Below, piece by piece: positions 28,201 through 41,800 of a stretch of DNA of 64,000 nucleotides (position 1 is the first letter of the stretch; every line of letters begins with the position of its first letter). A program made the position numbers and the translations under genes. The notes under the pieces are model-generated. The model did no database searches and was not told the origin of the DNA. It worked only from the letters and a program-made list of their open reading frames with translations. Origin of the DNA: the human T2T-CHM13v2.0 reference genome, Homo sapiens; the NCBI RefSeq assembly GCF_009914755.1, contig NC_060935.1; one strand, given 5' to 3'.

Positions 28201-31200
28201 CGAAGGTGGCCGGGCTACGCTTCCTCTCCCAGGACCGGCGTGACTGCTGCGCTCGCCTTTCCTCCAGCAAGTCCTTCTCCCGCCTCCTTCCTCCTCCTCC
28301 AGCTTGTGTGTACTTTTTAAAGATTCACTATATGCACATGCAAGCACATGACTTTATTTCTCTTGCTCTCCTTACATACATATTTTAATATATTATTGCC
28401 TTTTTATTTAACTGAATAGATCATAACATATATAATTTGACAGCTTTTGTTTTGCTTTTCATTGAGCAATGTATCTTGGACATCTTTCATTATCATATCA
28501 GCTCATATCATTCTACCTTTTTAATGAAAGCCCAGTATTCCATGTTATGGATGTGCCAGCACTTTTCAGTGAGATCCCTCTTGATGTTGTTAAGGTTGTT
28601 TCCAGTTTTTCTGCTGCTATGAACACTTATAAAAGTGTTTCTGAAGGATAAGTTCCCTGGAAAGACTTCTTGGTGAAAGGGTATATGCATTACTTGTTTT
28701 TTTTTAATTTGCTATTGCACATTTTCAAAATGATTATTTATTCATTAAACATATAGGAACTAATAAATAAGAAAACAAAAACAGGCCATAATCGAATTGC
28801 CCAGATAGTGTACTGATATGAAAAATAAAATTAATATACCCACATCATATCCATATATCATAAGTAAGGCACAATGAAAAGACATACAATTAAAAGGCTC
28901 CCTTACCTCCTATTATTCTCTACAAAGGTAATCATGTGAATGGTTTCTTGTATATACTACTAATTATTTTTGTTGTGAATATAAGCCACTTTATAAAATA
29001 TATAATTTAAAATTTTATACAAATAAGATCATGTTCTACACCTTGATTTTTTCCACTTACTAATATACCTTAGTCAGCTTTCTAATTTACATATTTCTTC
29101 CGATTAATCTCATTCTTTTTAATAGCTATGAGTGTTCTATTATTCAATGAAAAACAATTTGTTTTACCAGTGCATGGCTGATAGACAGCTAGGTAGCTTC
29201 ATTATTTTGTTATTATAAACAATGAGGTAATAAATATCATCTAACAGTAAGTTGTTGAGTAAAGGATATGAATGTCAAATTTTGATAGGTATCGCCAGAC
29301 TGCCTCTAAAAGTGTAGTATTAATTTATATGCCAACAAATAATATACGATTTTCAACTTCCTCACACTCTTGTAATAGTTACATATACCTCGACATTTGA
29401 CTTTTTCCATTCTGATAGGTAAACAATTTTATTTTTAAATTTTGTGTTTCTTCAATTATAAGGTTAAGCATCTTCTTATATGTTTATTGGATATTTGAAT
29501 TTATTTTTACATAAAATCCCTTTTTATTTATTTTGCTTTTTTTGTTGTTGTTGTTTAGGCAGTTTGCTCTTTCAAAAAATTATCTGCAAATGAAGAATGT
29601 TATTGTTCCTTCTTAGGTAACTATTACAAATATTCTTAGTTTGTTATTTGTACTGTTGTATTTTAACTTTTCTTTCGTACATTATTTCATATCATAGATA
29701 GAGTGAATTTTTAAACATTTAGTGAAGTCTTATTTAATTTCCTTTTCTTTTTTGGCTCTTAAGTTTTAGATTATATTTTCTCTTCACCAATCTATTTAAC
29801 AAATTACCCATGTTTTCCTGTAGCAAACTATAGTTTAATCTTTAGCCATTTAATCCTTAATCAATTGGAATATACTTTAATGTTTGATGTGAGAACCAAG
29901 TGAACAGCCACAATTTCTTGGACGTTTCCTTTACAGCATAAGATTTCTACATGTTTCATCATTCTAGTCATCCTCTGAATTTTTTTTCAGTGCATTAAGA
30001 AAACTGCATGGAAAAATGGGAAGGAACAAAGGATTTGCAGTTAGACAAAACGGGTTAAATCTCAAGTCTACCTAGGTTTCCTAGGTAACCTGGGGAAGTC
30101 ACTTAACTTCTTTGAACCTTAGCTTCCTTTTCTATAAAATGAGTATACCTACCTACCTACCTACCTATCAGGGCTGTTGCAGGTATAAACAGGCATTCAG
30201 CAAATAGTATCTATTATTATTGTTTTAGCATTTCTTCAAAGAGCTGTGATTATAAGTGATGAAATAAAATCTAATAGAAATTAACCAACACAGAGTGCAA
30301 TATATTAGTTACTTCATGCTTTTTTTAAAAAGAGGAACACAACATTTTAGGAGTAGAAGAGCCTTAGAAACTTGTTTGTCTAGCACTTATACATTAGAGA
30401 TGAACCCCGTAAAGGAAGGGACTGGCCCAAAGTCATACTGAAGTTAGCATAGGGATAGGACCAGCCAAGCGCTCCTCTTGCCAAGCCCAGAGTTCTTTCT
30501 AGTTTAGCAGATGTGCTCTAATATGTGAGTTTGTTTCTTTTTCACTGGACCAATAATAAAATCTTGTTCATTTTAGGCCCAAATCTACATGGGCCTCTGC
30601 ATTTTTGGAGAGGTTTGTTGCTGCTGTTATCCTGAAAAATATCATATTGCCCTTGTTCCTGTTGATTTCTTCCCTGGTTTTAGCAAACATGTTCTTCTCC
30701 AGTCTTTCAAACTTTTCAAGATCACTTTGATTCTTATTTCTATCCCTGAGGTTTCAGTTTTTATCAGTAAACCTTGAACAAATAACATTTTCAAGTATTC
30801 ACAGTTTACATCATTGATATGACACTTTAAAATACCAAGTGTGACACAGCCTCATATATTTACTATTGGTTTTTTTTTTGTTTTTTTTTTGCTTCAGTTT
30901 GAACTTTTTCACCTGGATGCATGGATTCTGAGAGTTCTATTTAGAGTCCTCTCCTCTCCAAGAAAAATTCTTTTCTTGAAGCATACATTCTCAAAGATTG
31001 GATGCCATTAATTATTGTTGAGATTAATAATAATAATTGTTAACATTAATTGAGCATCAGGTATGTACATCAGAGATAGTTATATATTATTTCATTTAAT
31101 CCTCAGGAGGGTGGGATTATTTTTCCCATTTTACTGATAAGAAAACTAGGCTCAGAGACTCACTGACTTACTCAAATTTATATGGTGGAAAGAGGCTAAG

Positions 31201-31551
31201 GATCTAAAATAATGTAACTAATACTCCTGAGTTCCTAACTACCAATTTACACTGTAATTTAATATCCTGTCTAATTCCGAGGGTCTACGCCTACAAGATT
31301 CTAGTTCTGAAACCTGTCTTTCAAGGGCATAAGTCAAGCTCCCTGAGACTGGCAGCAGATGATTGGGTGTGTTTTGCCACTCTGCTCTGTGGTGGTCCAA
31401 AAGCAACCTGATCTAGAAATTATGGCCCAACTTATAATGATTAGATCATGTAGGGCTAAAGCAAAAGGCATTGTCAAGCTAGAACAATTTCATTTATTGC
31501 TACCTCTTTATGTATATGACTTTTATTGGATCATTAAAATATTTATATTCC

Positions 31552-32010
<459 letters not shown>

Positions 32011-33660
32011 CTAGTTGTGTTGCTGCTGCTGTTTTTCACATCTTAATGTGAAGATGAGTGGTTTACCATTCCCAAGGTCAAATTTTTTTTCTTTTTGTTT
32101 TTAAGAGATGATCATTATATTTGCTACTTCTCCCACTAGGGGCATTTATTCCTTGAATAAATGATGATTCTCTGGAAATATTTGTCTATTTCTTAGTGCT
32201 ATAGAATGAATGATATCAGAATCAGAGGATTTCAAAAATGGAGGAAGTCTTGTGATCTTCTTCAACCCCAATTTATATCATTAGGCTGATTCAAACACAT
32301 TCTTATACCCTTGTCCCTCACCATGTTGACCTTTTAAAATTTCTCTGATTCAGCCATTTCTGCATTTATGCACATGCTATTTTCCATATCTAGAACATAG
32401 CTTCTCACTCTTTCCTCATCTGGAAAACTTCTTCTAGTTCTTAAAGACTCAATTCAAACTGAGTTGTGTAATGTATCTATTTATAAGCTCCTTAAAAGTC
32501 AGATCTCTGCTTATTGGAACTTGTGTTCCTGGCATAGGGTCAGGCAAATAATAGGTGCAAAAGAATAAAAGAGGATTGTGAGTGAATAAGTGAGTGGATG
32601 AGTGAATAATATTTTCTCACTGCATTATCCTAGGCAAATGATCATCTAACCTCCATGTGACACTGGATCAACACTAATGAAGAACTCACTGCCTTTCAGG
32701 AAAATCCATTCTGTTTGGGTCAGCTCCAGTGATTAAAACAAACAAACGAAAAAAAACAAAACAGTTCTTTGTGTTGAATCTTTCTTTCCACCTCTTGGCT
32801 TCAGTTCTGCCCTCTGATGGCTCATAAAACAATATCATTTCTTCTTCTATATGATCCTAATATTTGAACACATTTTTCACTTTTCCAGGGAGTGATCCCA
32901 CTCCCTTCCGCATCCCTTCATATCATTCTCACCAAGTGACCATTTGCTTGTGCTTGCATACCTCCTGTGTCAGGGAATTCTCCTTCCCTAGTTTCTAAAT
33001 TCTACTTTTTGTTATCTCTTATGGGTGTTATTTCCAGCATCTTGATATAATGTAATATCTCATTAGAGACTCAGATAAGTGATTGTGAGATCAAATATGG
33101 CAATATGGATGCTTACCCTATGGTTCACTGTACTATCTTTTAATGTGTGCCTACTGTAGTGCCTAGAGATAAACACAGTATTGAAATATATTTGTTTTTT
33201 AAAAAGTATCCACTTAGTTATTTCACTTTCCAGTTTAAGGGAAGAATGAACTAGAGTGACACATAGCCATTGTCAAGCAATGTGCTGTTCATTGCAGGAC
33301 AGTGACAGCTAAACACATGATTAAATGCTGGGCGGTAAGTGCTAGCACAAAAAAAGTCAGAATTCTGTGGCGTACAGAGGAGGCATTCCTACCAAGGGAT
33401 GAGGAGGAATGAGCTTTCCTGGAGAAAGTGACATTGAGATGAGGTCATGAATGTTAGCAAGGTGAGGATGGGTGGAGGTTCTCACAGAGGGGGAGATTGG
33501 GGTGAGGAGACCAGTGGCAAGAGTATTCAAGGCAGAAAGGGAGGCACATATGGAGGGCTGGAGGTGAGAGAGGGCCTGCACATCTGAAGAACAGGAAGCA
33601 GTTGTTACTGAAGGGTAGATACGGGAGGAACAAATGTGAGAAAGAAGTGATGAAGGAAAA

Positions 33661-33708
33661 GAAGAAGAAGAAGAAGAAGAAGATGATGATGATGATGGTG
33701 ATGATGGT
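33661..33708. repeat. (GAA)7(GAT)5 compound trinucleotide repeat
   Basis: Read directly. Confidence 0.95.
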
Positions 33709-33940
33709 AGCTGACATGTACATAACACTTAATATGTGCCAGGCACTGTTATAAGCATTTGATATACAGAAATTCCCTTAGCCCTCATAACAACTGTGTG
33801 AAGTAAGAACACACAACAATCCCCATTTTACAGAGGTGGTAACTGAGGCAGAGATTAAGTAACTTGTCCGAGGGTACATTGCTAACATATGACAAAGTCA
33901 GGAATGAAACCCAGGCAGTGTGGTTTAAGTGTCTGCATTC

Positions 33941-34256
33941 TTTTTTTTTTTGTTTTGTTTTTGTTTTTGTTTTTTGAGACAAAATCTCTCTCTTTTCTCC
34001 CAGACTGGAGTGCAGTGGTGCTATCTCGCTCACTGCAAGCTTTGCCTTCTGGGTTCATGCCATTCTCCTGCCTCAGCCTCCCGAGTAGCTGGGACTACAG
34101 GCACTCGCCACCATGCCCAGCTAATTTTATGTATTTTTAGTAGAGATGGGGTTTCACTGTATTAGCCAGGATGGTCTCGATCTCCTGACCTTGTGATCCG
34201 CCCGCCTCGGCCTCCCAAAGTGCTGGGAATACAGGCGTGAGCCACTGCACCCGGCC
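33941..34256 (-). mobile_element. AluY-like inserted in a MIR
   Basis: TSD gt(c/t)tgcattctt, (TTTTG)n tail, and MIR sequence continuing on both sides. Confidence 0.95.
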
Positions 34257-34589
34257 GCGTTTGCATTCTTAACCATGACATAGCCTCTCAAGGATCTGGT
34301 GATCCAGGGCATGATAAGCCATTTTAGTATATTTGACCATAATGAGGAGTCATTCCTCAGCTTAAAATTGAGAAATATTATTTTAACATCATTCTTGTGC
34401 CCCAGGAGTGCTTACAGGTAGAGAGAATGCACAGGAAGGGAATATGCAGGAAGCATGTGCTTATGGCCAGCCTGGCTACAGGACTCTGAGGTTGGATGGA
34501 CCCCCTTGGAGATGCTGCTTAGAAGGCAGAGCAAATGCTCATGGCTGCCAAGGTTTTCCACCACAGCTCATGTCATCTGCCTGCTCTGA

Positions 34590-34840
34590 AAGCAGTGTCC
34601 TGGGAAGAATACTGGGTTTAGACCCGGGAAGGCCAGGATTCAAATCTTGGTCCCTTCCCTTACCAGCTCTATGACTTTGGGTAAGTTCCTTAATCTCTTT
34701 GAACTTGTTTCCTCATATGCATCAAAAGATGTGAACCCTTCTTTTGTTAGGCTGTTATCAGGATTATTAGAGTTTAAGCAAATAAAATGCTTAAAATAAT
34801 ATTTGGTACATGGTAGGTACTTACTAAATAGTTGCTATGT
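34590..34840 (+). mobile_element. MIR (representative; many more MIR/L2 fragments are not listed)
   Basis: ggattcaaatcttgg...gctctatgactttgggtaagttccttaatctc. Confidence 0.8.
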
Positions 34841-35689
34841 GTATTATAGCATATCCATTATCTATGTGACCAGGACTTTTAACTGGCTTTTATTAGCAAT
34901 AATAAAACCAAAGAATATGTTTGGTAGAAGACTATCTTAGGATAAAAGTAGGTAAGAACTACAAATTTAACAGAATTATTAACTGTGAAAAAAATACAAA
35001 GGAGTAACCAAATGGGAAAAGGCTAGATAATTGGCACCACATTTCAATTAAAATGAGACAGGTACAGAACACAGGGGACTGTTTCAAGCCAATAATTTCA
35101 CAGTTGGGGGTCTGGGTGCAAGGTGGCAGGGGGCAGCAGGGAAGAAATTGGTGTAGGATCCAAACTATTTCTACTTTATTCAGAGAGACCATGGGTAGGA
35201 AGATGAACAGATGTATTACAGTGTATTAAATACATGTAGAAGGCTCCCGTTCTTTTTCAAGAGGGAAAAAAATCTATTTTCATTTTTCCTGAAGTGATGA
35301 GATGCAACGAAGTGAAAATGTAAGTTCTGTTGCCAACTCTGCCATCAACTTATTCAAGCCAGCTAAGGAGCTGCTCTGAAAAATGAAGGTGCTGGGCCAC
35401 ACCATCTCTAGGGTCCCCTGTGTTGTAAATTTAATTATTTCTATGGCTTAAAAATAACATCTCAAAAGTATTTCACAGTTAGTAAACTGTTTCCCCACCT
35501 CACATTTGTTACCGAACAAGGTGATACATAAACTAACAAATAGAATAAACAAATTCACATGTATTAAATGATCTTACCACATACTTATGTGGGTAACAGG
35601 GAAACTACAGATATCACATTCAATGTTGAATTGTGAGCAGTCTGATGGCTGGCATAGAACATAGATAGGGAGAAAGAAAAAATGCTGCC

Positions 35690-36360
35690 AGCAGAAGTAG
35701 ACCTTGAATGCCAGGGCAAGAAGTTTTGTCAATAAGTGGCTATGGAAGGGTTTTACAGAAGCATTTAACACAATTGGACCTGTGTTTATGGGAGAACAAC
35801 TCTGGCAACAGTGAGAAACTGGGGTTAATGAATTAAGTGAGGACAGGGTAGGAAGTATCCCAGTAGATAATCGGATGTGATACTATTGAAGTGTTACCAA
35901 TGATACAAATAATTAAGGCCCAAATTAGGCAAATGAGGGTGGATTTGAGGGTGGGAGATGTGGCACAAATTTGAGAGAGGAAAACAGAGGAAGATTCTAT
36001 GCAGCTATTCTCCTCAAATACTTCTGGAAGCCAAACAGAGTTTAAATAATATTTACTGTGTTGAGCAGATTGAAAATGGGAAATGGGGAAGGTGTCAAAA
36101 AGCTTTAGGATGATTGGAGGTGTGATGATACCATTAATCAAGACAGGAACACAGGATGGAGAGTGGGTTTGGGTGGGAGGATAATGTATTTTGTTTTAGA
36201 CATGTTGACTTTGCTATGTCTGTTGGATATCTACAGTTTTGCAGACAGTTAGAAAATATCTACCTGAAGCTTAGAGAAGTGGCCAATGTTCAAAATCATT
36301 TTAGATTTCATATTCCTGTGGTCAGTACCCTGGTCAAATTAGACACAGATGTAGAAGAAG
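35690..36360 (-). mobile_element. L2 fragment
   Basis: accttgaatgccagggcaagaagttt...ttttagacatgttgactttg. Confidence 0.75.
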
Positions 36361-37349
36361 CTTGATATACAAGATGGGGATAATAAGAGTACCACATCAC
36401 AGAGTTGCTGTAAGGTTAGATTAGTTAATACATGTAAAGCATTTAGAACAGTGCCTGGCATCTAGTAAGGGCATATAATTATTAGCTATTGTTGAACCCT
36501 CTCCTGACGTACACAAAGAGGATGACTTGGGAGAGTATAAAATTATCTCAATGCAGGCTCATTTGACCAGGGAAAAGTGCTAGGGTTGAAGGCACTGAAA
36601 CAGAAAAGCACAATCCTAGGAGTCAGGAGTGCTGAGTTCCAGTCATGCTGTTAGCTTATTTGACTTTGAGAAGCCCCTTCATCTCTCTGGGCCTCAGTTT
36701 CTTTATCTAGAAAGAGAGCCTCATACTAAATCACAGAGGTACCGTCTAATGCTTAATAAACAAATATATTCTATGCTCAAAATGTATTTTGTTGACAACT
36801 TGAGACAAACAGATCATTATGCATTAAATTTTTCAAATACCCTCCAGCATGTTTCGGAGTGAGTGAACTATAAATTGTATTTGAAGTGGAAATTTCTAAT
36901 TAAGTTCCCTTCTCCTCCTGGAGGCTGTTATACTTTGTGGAGAGTGGTAATATTTCTGACAGTATATGCATTACAGCTCAAGACTAGAATCCTTCTGGAG
37001 CAGAGGCAAAGTGAAAAATTGATATTGAATATTTATGTATCTTAGCAGTTAAACATTAACTTCCCTTTAAATTTGGATTCCTGATGCAAAAACAGGCTTA
37101 TAGTTAAAAAAAAATTAGACCTTTAAAAATGTTTTGGATTACCAGGTCATTTCTAGAGGGATGATTATTTTGGAATCTTTAAATGAAAATAATAAAGTAT
37201 AACTTGGCTGTCCAAACCCAGCTTATTAAAGGCTGAAAGACAGTAAGATCTAGAATTCATGCATTTCAAGTAAAAAGTTAACTATCTTTATAAGAATATA
37301 TAAGCAAAAAATAGTTGAAACCTTATACAAATATTATACAAACACAAGC

Positions 37350-38320
37350 TGATACTAGTATCTCCAAGCTCTGATTTTTACATTAACTCCAGACTTGAAA
37401 TCTATCTGCTTACTTGACATCTGCAGATAGATGTGTAAGACTTTTCAAACTCATCGTGCTCAAAATCAAACTCAAAATTTCTCCCAAACATGTTTCTCGA
37501 GAGTTTTCTCATTTTCAGCAAACAGTACTACCACCATTCTCCTCTCAAACTACTGAATCAAGAACCTCCATTCATTTCTTACCCTCCCACCTCCCCATGC
37601 AATCCCTTAGTTCATAGCCATATTCTAATTCCATGCATTTTCTCTAACTCCACCCCATCCCTCTAGGCCAAGCTATCATTTTCCCTGGGAATACTACAGT
37701 AGCCTCGATGGGTCCCTCCATTGTCTCTGTGGCCCACTCCTCCCACCCTCCTCTATCCCCTTTTGACTCGGCAGCCAGAATGATCTCAAACTCTGTATCA
37801 GATCATGCCTCTCCTCTGCTAAAATCTTTCTTTTGGCTCCTTGTTAGACTTTGAATGAAATTCAAACTCCTTTCCTCGGGCTCTGCCTATCCCTCTTATT
37901 CCATCTTATTCCACTCTGTCTTCTTTACTGTTTGCTGGCCACAAGGGCCTTCATTCTGTTTTGCATCAGTCCAAGTTTCCTCCAGTCTTACAGCATTTAT
38001 GCCAGTGGTCCCTTTGACTGGAGTGCTCTTACCTAGCTTTTCTCATCTTTGACAACTTATTTTCATAAGCTCAAATGCCAATTCCTCAAAGAGCTCTTTG
38101 CTGACAATCACATTGAAAGTAGCCTCCCAGCCTATCTCTAATTCATCTGGTTTTACTTTCTTACAGAATTTAGGCCCACATGTTATTCTGTTCATTATCT
38201 CACCCACCCCGAGAAAAGCTTCCCATAAGTAGAGACCTTGAGTGTCTCTTTTAACTCCATACTTTTAGTGCTGACTACACTATGTAGATATTCAACAATA
38301 TTCCTTAAACTAATGAATGG
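37350..38320 (+). mobile_element. L2 fragment
   Basis: ctgcttacttgacatct...caaactcatcgtgctcaaaatcaaactc...gcagccagaatgatct. Confidence 0.8.
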
Positions 38321-38507
38321 TTATAACTATTAAATCACATAACTTTATTTAAATCATTAAAATTTATTTGACAACCAGTTACTGTGCACTTGTTATAAGC
38401 CAGGTACTAATTAGAGTCCTTTTCAGAAGGCATTTGTCCTCTAGGGGGAGAATGGTTGATGAAACTGAACTCACTGAATCAGCATCTTTGAGGGTGAGGC
38501 CCAAGAC

Positions 38508-38615
38508 TTTTTTTTTTTCTTTTTTTGAGACAGGGTCTTACTCTGTTGCTCAGGCTAGATAGCAGTGACATGACATGCACCATTATGCCTCGCTAATTAA
38601 AAAAAAAATTGTAGA
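38508..38615 (-). mobile_element. Internally deleted Alu fragment
   Basis: Poly-T, then gagacagggtcttactctgttgctcaggct, jumping to gctaatt...ttgtagag. Confidence 0.75.
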
Positions 38616-39059
38616 GCAACCAATATGTTCCTTGAAGCACCAATATGTCTTAAATGTCCTTGCAAACATTGTTAAACAACCACCTCCACTTCATCCAAGC
38701 CTCTAAATTGTTCAGGCAGTGTCAGACTCTGGGCTGAAGGCTAAATTCCTACCCTTCAAGATCTGCTTTGTGGCTTCTCAACTCACCCACCAAATGTTCT
38801 ATCCTGAGATGAGATGTGTGTGTGCTGCTAGGCTGACAGATTCCCTTTGGTTAGGGTTAAATTTGAAGCTGAGATCCTTTCTCTGGTGGATGGTGGTAAG
38901 AAAAAAGCCTTCTGAATTTGCTCAACATGTTCTCCCTTTTGAAATCAGTGGACTAACTGAAAGTGCTCTATTATTCTTTATTTAAACTTAGTTTTTTTGT
39001 GATTTCTGGGTTTCAGATATTAAAATATCACTATTTAATCTACTGTTAAAACACTATCA

Positions 39060-39445
39060 ATAATAAATTGATTAAATAGATAATGAACTATTCATATAAT
39101 GGAATACTATGCAGTCATTAAAAGCAACAGCATACATGTCTAATATTTTGAAACTAAAAAAAAGTCATTATCTATTGCTAAATTAAAGAAAAGCAAGTTG
39201 TAGAACTATATGTGTATCTAGTTTGTTTGTTTCAAAAAAAGAAAAGGATGAATGATCTTATAGAGAATGCCTGCAAGGTTACACAGTGAATTGATAACAG
39301 AGGCTTTAAGGGGCTATGGCATTGTGGTGGGGAGGGGAGAAATGCTGAAGAGGAGAGAATGGGTTACATTTCATTTTATAGCCCTTAACAGTATGTGAAT
39401 ATTTTTAAGTAAATATGTTGTATCATAACAATTTTAAAAGTCATA
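39060..39445 (+). mobile_element. Old L1M 3' fragment
   Basis: attcatataatggaatactatgcagtcattaaaag. Confidence 0.7.
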
Positions 39446-39704
39446 CAAAAAAGTTTTAACTACTGAATTTGAGGTTTGTGTTACCTTAGCAATAAAAGGC
39501 AAAAGGGGTTATGTAGGCAAATTTAAAATATGATAATATTTATAGAAAACATGAGTCCTAGGGTAATCAAATTTTCAAACATTGCATTAATCCATTCAAT
39601 ACATATTTACTGAATGCCTTCTTTGTGCCAGTCATTGTGCTATTTTTGGGGGATGGATTGGTGAAGAAAGCAATGGTTCAGCCCTAAGTGACTTAGAATC
39701 TAAC

Positions 39705-39900
39705 AGTAGTTCTCAACTGGGTATGAAAAGGTGTCTATTTGTGAGGGGGGATGGTATTTTCTGTTGTTAAAATGTCCAAGTCAGGAGTCAGCATTGGCAT
39801 TAATTGTAGAAGGCTCATGTGTGTTAAATGTTTTGCAAACCGTGGCACAATCAGGCATAGTGAAAAAATGTCCTTCCAAAGGTGCAATAACACCTGCAAA
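39705..39900. mobile_element. MER20-type hAT relic
   Basis: cagtagttctcaactggg...ggcattaattgtagaagg...aaaaatgtcc. Confidence 0.55.
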
Positions 39901-40859
39901 AGGAAATACTGAATCAATACCATTTTTCACATAAATGCCCTAATTCCCAGTGAACCTTATTATTTTGTTCAAACAAGTTCAGTTGGCTAAGTTCTGGGTC
40001 AAAGTTATTAACTAGGAATTTGTCTAAATAGTATACAGATTTGAAAGCAATAAGGATGTTCATTTCTACATATCCTATAATATTCACTAATTTGGTTTAG
40101 TTTACATAAACTAATCTGAGTGAGATTGTAATGTAAGTGAAAAGGGTTCTTGTTTCCTTTTTTCCTCATACACAATTAATCTTGTTCATAAGCTTTGGAA
40201 TCAATTTTAAAGGAAGGAATAATGCTGCCTCCAGAGACATATCTGTCAAACAGTCCACTCCTAAAACATCTGAAAGGCTTGAGCAGGAATAATATATTAA
40301 TGGAATTAATCTTGGTCAAAATCTGTTAATGCAAAACTCAAACTCTGGCTGCTGCATGTGGGACTCATCTGATGTTTTTTTCATCATAGTTCCTCAAGTT
40401 GATGACATTCTTTTGTGTTTGGGCTTATGTGTATCTTGGCATCTGGCTGTTGCCCATAATTACATCTTAGTATTTCTTTGACTTATTCCTCATCTAAAAA
40501 TAAGGTAATCATCTCATTGCCTAAAAGCTCCCAAGAAACAGGTTTTGTGAGTTTAGGCAAACTGTGTCAAGAACTCTTAAGTCCCCTCTTCCCAATTACT
40601 TTCATCAAATCTTCCCAATTGCAATCAGTCAAATCTTTTTGGGAAGTCAAAATCTTCCCAACTGCAATCAGTCAAATCAAGAGGAGGAGATCTGAATAAA
40701 CAGAGATGCATGAAAATCAACTTGTATTCACCACTATGAATGAGAAATAATATTTATTAAACTATTTCTCTTCAAAATATCTGTTGCTTTTGTTTTTTCC
40801 TTTCTAATTTACTATGCTAGTTCTAAGCATTGATCTGAACTATTGAAACAGGCCCTGTT

Positions 40860-41018
40860 TCCTGTTTATTTTGAAAAATTTCAAATTATAGAAAACTTGA
40901 AGAACATTATAATAAAAACTCATAAAGATTCAACAGTTCTTAACATTTTGGTACATTTGTTCTCCCTCTCTTCCTCCTTCTCACTCTCTCCACTTACCTA
41001 CCTATCTGCCTAGCAGAA

Positions 41019-41069
<51 letters not shown>

Positions 41070-41800
41070 ACACTTTTTCTGAACCATTTGAATTATGTTG
41101 CAGACGTCATTCCACTTTCAATCTAACATATCAGCAAGGCATCTTCCCAGTGTAAAGACATTTTCTGTATAACCACAATGCCATTATTACTCCAGAGAAA
41201 GCAAACAAAACTAATATTTCTATAACATTTAATATATTGCACCTATTCAAATTTCCTCCGTTATCCTCCAAATGTCTTTTACAGATTTTTTTCTTAAATC
41301 CAGGATTTAAGTTTTATGCATTGCATTTGGTTGTTACTATGTCTTTAGTCATTATTAGTCTTGAACATTACCTACATTTTTCTTTAAATAAAATTTACTC
41401 TTTTTTTAAAAATAATTTCAGTCAGATGCTTATAGAGTGTTCTGCATTTTGAATTTGTCTGATTGTTTCTTCAGAATCAGGTGAAACATTTTTAGCAAAA
41501 TCCAGTGTGTAATGAATGCTGTGTATTTCTTACTGCGTCATAGCAGGAAGCTCAAAATACATGGACCACCAGATCTCTTCATTTAAAAGGCACCTTTCTA
41601 TTTTGCAAATAACAATCTATAAGGTGGTTTATTTGAGACCATGTAAATATCCTTTTTCCAGTCAACTTTAACCCCTAATTGTTTTAGCATCTATGGATTA
41701 TGCTTTCTTGAAATAGTTATTTTGTAGCGGGTTAAAAAATGGTTATTTTATAAATTCTTTATTTATTCTAGAATTATTAGCTGGTATTATTTTGTGCAGG
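40860..41800 (-). mobile_element. Old L1MC/ME fragment
   Basis: tttattttgaaaaatttcaaattatagaaaa...tgaaccatttgaa..gttgcagac...ttgcatttggttgtta..tgtctttagtc. Confidence 0.75.
41020..41073. repeat. (CA)n microsatellite
   Basis: About 26 units with one GA interruption. Confidence 0.97.

Noticed and set aside
33357-33728. Poly-Ser ORF
   Set aside because: Antisense of the (GAA)/(GAT) repeat within L2/MIR sequence.
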